Shown here: positions 11,710 through 22,486 of the stretch, piece by piece
How the letters are laid out: every line of letters starts with the position of its first letter
Position numbering within the stretch: position 1 is the stretch's first letter
NCBI GenBank assembly: GCA_977017575.1
Contig: CDRNVI010000063.1
Span: 372,001 to 436,000, forward strand
DNA from: Paramoeba atlantica
Lineage: Eukaryota > Protista > Discosea
Direction: 5' to 3'
Length of the DNA stretch: 64,000 bases
The notes under the pieces: model-generated
The model's database searches: none
What the model was told of the DNA's origin: nothing
The model's input: the letters and a program-made list of their open reading frames with translations, nothing else
Made by a program: the position numbers and the translations under genes

Positions 11710-11924
11710 CTGATACCGTACATTCATAGAAAGTTAGAACTCATACTCTTCCCCCCAATTAATTGCAAAAAAATAAATAAATTAAAAGCAAGAAAAAAAT
11801 TCAAAAAAGTGTACACCCTCAAAAATTGTCTAGTCATTAGAGTAAAAAAAAAAAAAACAAACTTACTGACAGGTCTGCAGGCAGGTGAAATCGAATAAAA
11901 AAAAAAAAAAAAGGGAGGAATCAC

Positions 11925-12760
11925 CCTCCCTTTCTTTGCCGAGCACTACGCACAGACCAAAGCGAGACAGCGACAGGAAGCAACCGAGGCCGGGTTTCTT
12001 TTCACAGCCATGGTTGTGGAATCATTTGGCTCCTGGAGTGAGAGTGCCTTAGCGCTCCTCCGCGACATCGGAACGCAACGAGCGAACGCGTCGAAAGAAC
12101 TCATGTCTCGCAGCCAAGCACGAAATGAACTCCTTACGGAGCTGAACGTTGCGTTAATGAGATCACAAGCCAGAATGATGGTTTCGCGTATCTGCGTGCC
12201 AGATCCAACGGATCCAATGGTAGCGACATAGGCCTATACCTACGGACCCGCTTCTATCCTCTCTTGCATCCTCTGGTCCGGATGTTGGTCGTGTCGACAG
12301 AGTCTATACTCACGCCTAGCCCGCGAGGGCTAGGTACCCGAAGTGAGGTAGTACACGGGCAGTGAATCTCCTCCCCGTCGGCCAGCATCCTGTTTCGCGA
12401 CCGTGTCGCTGTCGACACAGGCCCGCGCCTGCGCCCTCCCGTATAGCAAGGGAAGGGTTCACAAGTCAGGCCGTGGAGAGGTCGAAAGACCCGGTCCGGA
12501 ACGCGCGAATGGATTGGATCTGGATTGCTTGTTTTTATTTTTACTGTGTCTTGTTTGTAGTATATACTTAGGGGTGATTAAATTGCTAGTTTTGGGCTGA
12601 GAAAAAGTAAAGGTACATCTGTGGAAAGAAAAAGAATTGCTAATTTGATTGCTTGTTTACAAATCATATACCCCTCCCCAATGGACCTACTTGGTTCGTC
12701 TACTGGGTAAAAATATAGAGGCAATGCCGCGTTTTATACTTCTCCCCCCTAAAAAAAATC
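11925..12760 (+). mobile_element. F1 3' fragment (same subfamily as 16470-17570)
   Basis: 11937-12290 is nearly identical to 17276-17630. Confidence 0.82.
12280..12512 (+). ncRNA. Structured RNA module, copy 4
   Basis: Near-identical to copy 1. Confidence 0.75.
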
Positions 12761-12854
12761 TTAATACAAAAAGTGATCTTAATACAAAAAGTGATCTTAA
12801 CACCAAAGAAGCTAACAGGCACTTGTTGCTTTCTTTTAGTTATTCTTATTTCTT

Positions 12855-13058
12855 CATGGGAGTGGTCACCCGCCCCAAGGCAAAGGAAACAGGAGCAGCT
12901 CCTGTGATTTTGCCTCTCGCCCCCGTTCGCCGCAGGAAAAAGACAGCGCCTGTTGCCCCAAAGTCTCCTCCAACCATCGCTGTCGTGGGGACGCATCCGA
13001 CCGCTTCGCCCTCAAAGAGGTCTCCACCCCCCGCACCATCGACGCCATCGCCACCTCT
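12855..13058 (+). pseudogene. F2 N-terminal fragment (MGVVTRPKAK, Pro-rich)
   Basis: Duplicate of ~26385-26556. Confidence 0.7.
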
Positions 13059-13060
13059 TT

Positions 13061-13092
13061 AACGATAAAGATACAGTTTCTGTACCTTGTTG
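13061..13092 (+). other. Spliced-leader-like sequence at element 5' end
   Basis: AACGATAAAGATACAGTTTCTGTACCTTGTTG, 80 nt upstream of ATG 13173; no GT intron follows. Confidence 0.85.
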
Positions 13093-15819
13093 ACTATATT
13101 TTATCTCATATTTTTCCCGGGTACACGGCTACCTTAATATCCGGAGACCACCACTTTGAAGAGTCAACTCGAATGGAAGAAGATTCGTTCCTGCAAGAAG
13201 AAGCAGCGCACCAACCAGGATCCTGGGACCAAATTGCGGGGAATGCTCACCTAATCAAACAGCCCACCTCATATAACGAATTGCTATACACCACACCGAT
13301 CCCGGAAAGCATCCCTGAAGACTGGTGTCAGAAAGCCACCTTAATTTCGACTGACCAGCAAACACCAGACACTGGACACAGAAATGACGGCGACGAGGAA
13401 ACGACCCACGCACGCGTTCTCATCAGCACAAATCACAGCTCACGAACAACACAACCCACTAATGTTTCAGTTTCGAAAAAATTTTCCCGTCGCAAGTCAC
13501 CGGCCACATCTCCGTGTGCTAAAGGACAAATTCGGGGCATTGGGAAATCTCAGAAGACGCGACAGAAAACCAACACAAGAACAATGGAAGCGATCGACCA
13601 TAGTATCCCACATAGTCCATACGATAGCGACCTTCCGGAGACTATATCACAAACAACGACCCTCGAAACCCCAACGCCGACAGGTGACGAAACCACTACG
13701 AACATACCGAGCTCTCAAGAAGGCCCTAGGCAACGGGAGTGTCCCGCAGAAAACTGTAATTGGAAAGCACACGCCCACGGAGGGCAATGGCAATCGTATT
13801 ATAGCCATGTGGCTTATCGACACGGAGGGAGCATTCCCAGCATCTGGTGGGATAACGAAGGACGCTTCTTGTGCAACGAATGTGGACGGCATTATGCGTC
13901 CAGCAAGAAGACATCACACGAGAATCAATGCAAAGGACAATCTGTGCAGCCAGCTTCTTCCCCGCACCCATCAGAACCCCTAGGGGAAACTTTTTACGAC
14001 GTTCACGGCACCAACGATATACCATCATTGGACGAAATATGCACGACTTCAATCAGCACCTGTAAGGACGTCCCGCATCGATGCCGATATTTGTGGACCA
14101 AAATTTTGACTACAGCCCTTTCCTCCGCGGTGCACGAAAATTCAGTAAGGGCGTGGACGCTCCTGGCAATACTCCCGAAATGCGTTCTACCAGCCCCTTA
14201 CCGCGGCGGTCGCAAAGCTCACACGTCATATTCCTCGTATATTCTCAAGCGAATGGAGCTTTGGATTGAAGGAAAATACGCAACCTTATGGTCCGAAGCG
14301 ATTAGGGACAACGAAAGGAAACGTTCGAAGCAACAGAGCAATGAGAATGTGGAGGATAAATCTCAGATACGATCAGAACTTTTGGTCCGTCAGGGAGAAT
14401 ATTCGAGAGGCATGGCCGCCCTTACTGCAGCGCCACTTGCGCCGTACAATGAGGAAACTCTGCAAAAGCTACAAAAAAAGCACCCCAGTCCTCACGCAAA
14501 CCCTATATCCAGTCCCCTACCTCCTTTGCAAGTGGATGTTTTGCAGCTCGACGAATCTGAGGTCAAAAAGGCAGTCAATAGTTTCCACCGTGGGTCCTCT
14601 GCTGGAACCATGGGGCTTAGACCTGAACACCTCCAAACAGCACTTCAGGAGCACGTTGACCACAACATGGACCCTCTCATGACACTCACTTCCTTTGTGA
14701 ATCACCTGCTAGCTGGCAAAGCTCCAGACGAAGTACACCCCTTCTTTGCTGGTGCACGGCTCTGCGCTCTCGAAAAGGGGAATGATGACGTGCGACCTAT
14801 AGCTGCAGGAGAAACCCTTCGACGTCTCGTAAGCAAGGCAGTGTGTCTCTCAATTAAACAAAAAGCAGGTTCCTTTTTCGGACGCAAACAGTATGGGGTT
14901 GCAGCGGCTGCTGGAGCAGAACGGGTAATCCACCTTTGCCGCCGGCTAATGCGGAACAACATGGAGAACGACAACATCACCTTTTGCAAAGTGGACCTCA
15001 GGAACGCCTTCAACAACGTAAGTAGGCCGGTTTTTATTTTCCTGACACGCGAACATTTTCCTGAAATATCGCCATGGGTCGAATGGTGCTACGGAAACCA
15101 CAGCTGTCTCACGTTCGGTGACGATTTCATTCCTTCGGCGGAAGGCGTGCAACAAGGGGATCCGTTAGGCCCTCTTCTCTTCTCTTTGGCCCTAGCAGAG
15201 GTAACGAAGGAAATAGCGTCCCGCTCTCACTTACGAACACAGTTGTGGTATCTCGACGACGGCATACTTGTAGGCGAACCGAGTGAAGTCCGGAAGGCCC
15301 TAGACATCCTCGATGAGATAGGGCCGAAGTGCGGGCTTTTCCTAAACCTCACCAAGTGTGAGATTATTACTCCTCCAGCTTCAGCCCACACCTCCGTTTT
15401 CTTCCCCGATATCCCGAGCGAGAAAATCCGCTACGATGGGAACTTCGACACCCTTGGAAGCCCCATTGGCTCTGCGGAGCACTGTATGGAATTCCTAGAG
15501 ACACACGCGATTGAGCCAGCCCGGGATACATTGGAAGCTACCGCAGTGTTAGAAGACCCGCAAGTGGCCCTCGCGCTAATACGGCAATGTGCAGGATTTT
15601 GTCAAATGGTATATGCACTACGCACAACCCCACCACAACCCCACCACAAGCCGTCAAGGAATTATGCCAACGGCTTGATTCATATTTGCTCAACGCTGTG
15701 GAACATGCAATTTCCCACCTGGACCTCTCCGCTCGCGACCAAATCCAACGACCGAAACGCCACGGGGGGTTCGGACTCCGCTCATCATTGCTCCACCAGT
15801 CAGCTGCATATGTTTCCTC

Positions 15820-16442
15820 GGTTAAACTGAACCAATATTCGCAAATTTATGAATTTTCAAAATTTCACGTCCCTTATATGCGCTGAGGCCATGAGGGAAT
15901 CCAGCCATTGACGCAATTTAATCACCGTTTTTTCGCTTACCTCCGTTTCCGCCACTGAAGACACATGGCGCCCACCCCTACAGTACAAAACGATGTACAT
16001 GAGAGTCTGTTTAGCGCTTCGCTGGCTCTTGCTGGGCAACAGCGGCCCCATAGCTCCATACCTCCCTTTACAATGCTTGGTGCAGACCCATTTATTCCCG
16101 ACTAATGCCATGGTGTGCGGAGCTCTGTGATTTTTCTTGTAGCAAATAACTTTCTGCGCCACTAGAGAGTGGTTTTTCATCCAGTCCAGACATTGATTCT
16201 CACTCCAGGAAGAACTTCTTCTGATCGTAAGTTTCGAACGGCACGAGAACCCACCGCACCCAGTGCATGTCATTAAAAGGTGAGAAGAGCACTAAACAAG
16301 TACTAATGGATTCAAAAAACTCAATGCTTATATAAAATTAATGTGCAGAACCATGATTCAGAATAAAAGAAAGGAGCGATAAAACGTTCAGGTAAAAATT
16401 TTGCCAGATTGAGAAAAGTGCGAATATTGGTTCAGTTTCACC
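15820..16442 (-). mobile_element. Merlin/IS1016-like DNA transposon, internally deleted
   Basis: 24-bp TIRs GGT(T/G)AAACTGAACCAATATTCGCA; 8-bp TSD GTTTCCTC (15812-15819, 16443-16450); internal Cys-rich/HTH-like ORF remnant 15857-16273. Confidence 0.8.
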
Positions 16443-17618
16443 GTTTCCTCTATCACTTTTTCTGCTAACATGGATGGCTGGGAACCAACCGAAGCAGAAG
16501 GATTCTCTGATTCCGTCCGGGACATAAACGAAAAAGTCGGAGCTGATCTAGTTGACACGATCACTGGACGCATTGCCAAACCCAATTCTCTAGCTGAACA
16601 GCATGAGGGACGAGGCACCCGGTCCCGCCTAGCTAAACGAAAATATACCACATCTCTCAACAACACTCTCCCCTCCGACTCCACCGAACAGGAAACCATT
16701 ATACCACGACAGAGGCATCTCAGCCATGCAATATCGGAAAATGAATTCCAGGCTGCGTACATGAAAACAGACGCAAGGACGAGGGCACGATGGGTTTCTC
16801 AATCAGGGAGGGGGGCCGGAAACTGGGCTTTTGTAACACCGTCCAAGAGCAGAAGCTACGCTTTTACCCACACAGAGTTTCGGACTCTGACACGCTGGTG
16901 GCTCGGGATGAATATCTTGCCGGAGGATCAACCTTGCCCAGCTGACGGCTGCACCCTTCCCTTACTTAAAAATGGAGAGCACGCTTTGCTCTGTAAGAAT
17001 GGACACGGTATAATCTCACGACATAATGCCGTAGCGCAACAATTTACGTCCTTTTGCAGCAAAGCTTTCCTTCAACCACAGAGAGAGAAGAGTTTGGGAA
17101 ATCGAGGGCCAGGAGGAGCTCTCACAAGACCAGCGGACGTCTTCCTACCAACTGCATCCTTAGCCAAGGGCACTGTAGCGCAAGGCATGGTTCTAGATTT
17201 TGCGGTCACCCACGCACAGCAACTAAAGTATTTGGACTCAGTCCATAATGCTAGCTGGGTGGCCCCAGGGTCTTTTGCCGAGCACTATGCACAGACCAAA
17301 GCGAGACAGCGACAGGAAGCAACCGAGGCCGGGTTTCTTTTCACAGCCATGGTTGTGGAATCATTTGGCTCCTGGAGTGAGAGTGCCTTAGCGCTCCTCC
17401 GCGACATCGGAACGCAACGAGCGAACGCGTCGAAAGAACTCATGTCTCGCAGCCAAGCACGAAATGAACTCCTTACGAAGCTGAACGTTGCGTTAATGAG
17501 ATCACAAGCCAGAATGATGGTTTCGCGTATCTGCGTGCCAGATCCAACGGATCCAATGGTAGCGACATAGGCCTATACCTACGGACCCGCTTCTATCCTC
17601 TCTTGCATCCTCTGGTCC

Positions 17619-17851
17619 GGATGTTGGTCGGGTCGACAGAGTCTATACTCACGCCTAGCCCGCGAGGGCTAGGTACCCGAAGTGAGGTAGTACACGGGCA
17701 GTGAATCTCCTCCCCGTCGGCCAGCATCCTGTTTCGCGACCGTGTCGCTGTCGACACAGGCCCGCGCCTGCGCCCTCCCGTATAGCAAGGGAAGGGTTCA
17801 CAAGTCAGGCCGTGGAGAGGTCGAAAGACCCGGTCCGGAACGCGCGAATGG
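17619..17851 (+). ncRNA. Structured RNA module, copy 5
   Basis: Near-identical to copy 4. Confidence 0.75.
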
Positions 17852-18061
17852 ATTGGGCCTGGATTGCTTGTTTTTATTGTTATTGTTTTTATTGTTCTTA
17901 TACTTACGGGAGATCGAATTGCTAGTTTTGGGCTCCAAAATATGAAATTGCTAATTTGATTGCTTGTTTTAAAATCATATACCCCCCCCCGATGGACCTA
18001 CAGGGTTCAAGTATTGGGTAAAAATATAGAGGCAATGCCGCGTTTCAAAAAAAAAAAGGTT

Positions 18062-18093
18062 AACGATAAAGATACAGTTTCTGTACCTTGTTG
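18062..18093 (+). other. Spliced-leader-like sequence at element 5' end
   Basis: Exact 32-mer, 4 nt after the previous element's A-tail and 46 nt before ATG 18140. Confidence 0.85.
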
Positions 18094-21000
18094 AATTATT
18101 TTCCTTATTTCATCTTTTTCCAGGTACGCGGTTCCTTCCATGACCAGCCAAAAGTCTTTCCAAGAAGAAAAAAAAAGGCACACACTTGGTTCCTGGGATC
18201 AATTCGAGGGTAACAAACATTTAATATCCGGCCCCAGCACCTACAACGAACTTGCCTACACCACCGAGATCCCTGCGCACGTTCCATCCGAATGGACCAG
18301 ACGAACGGAAGCAGCATGTGCCACTTTGGTTGTCGAGGGGGGGACGCCCGACATGGGAATCGAATTAGGGGAGTGTGAAGAGTCAAACCACGCCAGCGTT
18401 CAGCGACAACCTCCCGATAGTTCCTCAGTTCGCCGTTTTCCAAAGACACCCAGAAAAACGAATAGGATGTCACAGGACTCCATCGTTCTCCGAGGGGAGC
18501 TAAAAGGATACAGAAAAACGCCAGTTGGCCGACGAGCCCCCGAGAAACATAACTCTAATGGTAGAAAACCGGCACCTGATAAGGAAGTTCTACCTGCAAT
18601 GGATCTTGATGAAGCATGTTTGACACAGCCATCCGCAACTCAAACACAATCAGCCGCCGCCGAACCACCGAATCACTCTCCCTCTCACGATGAAGCTGTA
18701 CCTTATTTCCAATCATCACAACAACGAAGAGCCTGCCCAGCACCCGGCTGCAATTGGGACGCGCCATCACACGGTGGAAGTTGGCAAGCATACTTCAACC
18801 ACATTGCCTCGCAACATGGAGACAGTGTTCCGGATTCATGGTGGAGAGAAGAAGGCCGTTTCCGATGCCACACATGCAATCGCCACTACGACTTAGGGAA
18901 AGAACACTCACACTCGAAGAGCTGTAAAATCGCATCTCACATCCCTTGCCAAGAGGAGGTGAACCCACAAGCTGTAAACCCGACACAAGAGAACGACGTC
19001 ATCGAATATCTTCCAACATTGGCCGAGATTAGTGCTCTCCCTCGCGCAACTTGCAAGGATATTCCTCACCGGTGTCGGCTACAGTGGGCACGTGTCCTCA
19101 CGACTACCCTTAAGGAGGCCCTGGGTAGCACTGGTGTAGGAGGATGGGCTAAGCTCGCAATGCTCCCAAAGTGCACCCTAGCAGCACCCCGAAGGGGCGG
19201 GCGCAAAGGGCACATGTCTTACGCGTCACATGTAAGTAACTGCCTCGAACGCTGGGAGATGGGAGACGTCTCCGGCCTCTGGAAAAAACTAATTGTTGAA
19301 CAAGAGAAAAGGTCGCCTCGCAAAGAACCTGACGAGCATTCACTTGAGGAAGAGATGCGAAAGGCCAACCTACGCGCCGAGCTTTTAGTTCGACAAGGCG
19401 AATTTTCACGGGGATTGGCAGCACTTACTGCGGATCCTCTCGCACCAGATAACGACGACACTCTTTCCCAGCTCCTGCTTAAACACCCCACCCGTCACAC
19501 CACTGAGCCGCCCGTAGATATGCCTCCCCTAGGCCCGGAGGTGCTTACACTCGGAGAAACGGATGTACGACACGCACTAAAAGGTTTTCACCGAGGATCA
19601 TCCAGCGGGACTGTGGGGCTGCGGGCAGAACACCTTCAAGCTGCACTACTCGTCAATGAAGATCTCGACGTCACACCGCTCTCTGCACTAACAGCTCTCA
19701 CGAATCATCTCCTCGAAGGCAAAGCCCCGTTGGACGTGCAAGAAGCGTTTGCTGGCGCGCGGCTGTGTGCACTCAGAAAAGGGGAGAGTGGTGTACGACC
19801 GATAGCTGCCGGGGAGACATTACGCCGTTTGACTAGCAAAGCAGCATGTCTAGCAGTACGAACGAAGGCACGTGAACTTTTCGCCGGAACACAATTTGGG
19901 GTAGCCACACCTGCTGGAGCTGAGCGTCTAATTCACCTTTGTCGAAAAGCAATGCACGAAAATTCTGAGAACTCCGATTTCGTCCTCTGTAAAGTAGATC
20001 TGAAGAACGCGTTCAACAATGTTTCTCGTGCCGCCTTCATTGCGTTGACACGACATTACTTTCCAGAGCTTTCACGCTGGGTGGAGTGGTGCTACGGTAC
20101 TACAAGTGCTCTGACCTATGGCCAAATCCGAATTTCATCCGAGGAAGGCGCGCAACAAGGCGACCCCTTAGGGCCACTACTTTTTTCCCTCGTCATGCTC
20201 CAAGTTTCGGAAGAAATTAAAACTTCGTCCGGAGGACTTCAGCTCCACATGTGGTACCTTGACGACGGAGTCTTGGCAGGTCCATCATACGAAGTACAAA
20301 ATGCTCTGCGCGTGATAGCGGACGTGGGGCCTAAGTGTTTCTCAACCCGGAGAAGTGCGAAATTATCACCCACCCTGCTTCAGCAATGCAGACAGACATT
20401 TTTTATCAAATCCCTCGCGAACAAAAGAATTTCCAAGGCAATTTTTCTATTCTTGGGAGCCCCATAGGTTCTTCCGAATTTTGTCGTACCTACCTAGAGG
20501 AACATGCAATCGACCCCGCTGTAGACACTCTCCTGGCAATACAAAGCCTAGAAGACCCACAAGTTGCCCTTTCGCTACTTCGTCAATGTGCCGGATTTTG
20601 CCAAATGACGTATGCACTGCGTACAACACCTTTTCGTAAACTCATGGACTTATGCACTCGCCTTGACTCAGCAACAATGAAAACTCTCGAATGGATTTTC
20701 TGTCCTTTGGATGATGTTTCCAGGTGTCAGGCACAGCGACTGAAGAAACATGGGGGATTTGGCATTCGTTCATCCGAGCTACATGCCTCCGGGGCTTATA
20801 TTTCTTCAGTGACATTCGGCGCCGAGCAAGACTCCTGGGAACCGCAAGAAGCAGAAGGTTTCGAAGATGCAGTTCATGACTTCAACAACGCACTAGGCAT
20901 CACGTTACTTGACCGGACCACAGGATCTATCACCAACAGCCAACAAGATAATCGCCAAACGAGTAACGACATCGAGGCGGATTTACCGGAAGGAACCTAT

Positions 21001-21474
21001 GCCTCGGAGAAATGCACAGTACCACGGCAAAAACAGTTAAGCCACATTATTTCAGAACACGAATTCGGGCAAGCATTCTACAACGCAGACATTAAGACCC
21101 GAACTCGCTGGATTTCACAGTCTGGCAAGGGAGCTGGGGACTGGGCATTTTCCACTCCATCCAAAGACCTTGGTTTTGCATTCACATCAGCTGAATTCCG
21201 CGCACTGGTAAGGTGGTGGCTCGGAGCACAACTTGTACCCAGCGTCCAACCATGTCCCATAGAAAAATGTAAAATGTCTATCGGACTCGATGGGGACCAC
21301 GCTCTAGTGTGCAAATCTGGACATGGCATCATGGCACGACATAACTCTCTTTGTCTACAGTTTGCGCAAGAGTGTAGTAAGGCGCAGCTGGCTCCTCAGA
21401 GGGAAAAGACGCTAGGAAATCATGGTCCGGGAGGCGGCTTGACACGACCAGGTGACGTTTACTTGCCAAACTAT

Positions 21475-21662
21475 GACCTTGGCACAGCTCTCGTCCTTGA
21501 CTTCGCAGTTACACATGTCCAGCAAAACAAATATACGGACTTAGTCCGAACTGCTACATGGGTAAAGGGACCTTGGCACAGCTCTCGTCCTTGACTTCGC
21601 AGTTACACATGTCCAGCAAAACAAATATACGGACTTAGTCCGAACTGCTACATGGGTAAAGG
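21475..21662 (+). repeat. 94-bp tandem duplication in the RLE coding region
   Basis: GACCTTGGCACAGCTC...GGTAAAGG occurs twice in tandem. Confidence 0.9.
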
Positions 21663-22020
21663 GGTCATTCGCCGAGCGCTACGCCTCGGAACATAAAATA
21701 TCGGAGAGAGCAGAAGCTGTCGCTGCTGGTCACCGTTTTGAAGCGATGGTCGTAGAATCCTTTGGATCCTGGTCCAAAAGTGCCCTGACCATCATAAAAA
21801 GCGTCGGGAAACACCAAGCTTCAACCTCTAATGGGACTTTGAGCCATGCACAGGCCACAGCACAACTCATAAGGGGTATGAACATAGCCCTCATGCGTTC
21901 ACAGGCACGGATGTTGGTCCGACGTCTCCCGGATGAAGATCCCACTGGCCAACTCGTCACACATGACGACCGGCTGGATTCATTCCGAACTGGTCGTTTG
22001 CGCCCATGAACATCTGGTCG

Positions 22021-22253
22021 GGATGCTGGTCGCGTCGACAGAGTCTATGCTCACGCCTAGTCCGTCAGGGCTAGGTACCCCAAGTGAGGTAGTACACGGG
22101 TAGTGAATCTCCTCCCCGTCGACCAGCATCCTGTTTCGCGACCGTGTCGCTGTCGACACAGGCCCGCGCCTGCGCCCTCCCATATAGCAAGGGAAGGGTT
22201 CACAAGTCAGGCCGTGGAGAGGTCGAAAGACCCGGTCCGGAACGCGCGAATGG
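22021..22253 (+). ncRNA. Structured RNA module, copy 6
   Basis: GGATGCTGGTCG/CGACCAGCATCC is a perfect 12-bp helix here. Confidence 0.75.
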
Positions 22254-22486
22254 ATTGGGCCTGGATTGCTTGTTTTTATTGTTATTGTTTTTATTGTTCT
22301 TATACTTACGGGAGATCGAATTGCTAGTTTTGGGCTCCAAAATATGAAATTGCTAGTTTAATTGCTTGTTTTAAAATCATATACCCCCCCGATGGACCTA
22401 CAGGGTTCAAGTATTGGGTAAAAATATAGAGGCAATGCCGCAAAAAAAAAAGCCATTCCCTACAATTCGTCCGCGGCAGGGTCGCT

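Larger units (their letters stand above)
13093..18057 (+). mobile_element. Full-length F1 retrotransposon, disrupted
   Basis: ORFs 13173-15830 and 16470-17570 (two zinc fingers, WYLDDG, RLE); 10-bp duplication near 15630 and a Merlin insertion; A-tail 18047-18057. Confidence 0.9.
18094..22451 (+). mobile_element. Full-length F1 retrotransposon, frameshifted
   Basis: ORFs 18140-20467, 20335-21594, 21746-22009 (zinc fingers, WYLDDG, RPGDV..DFAVTH); A-tail 22442-22451. Confidence 0.9.
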
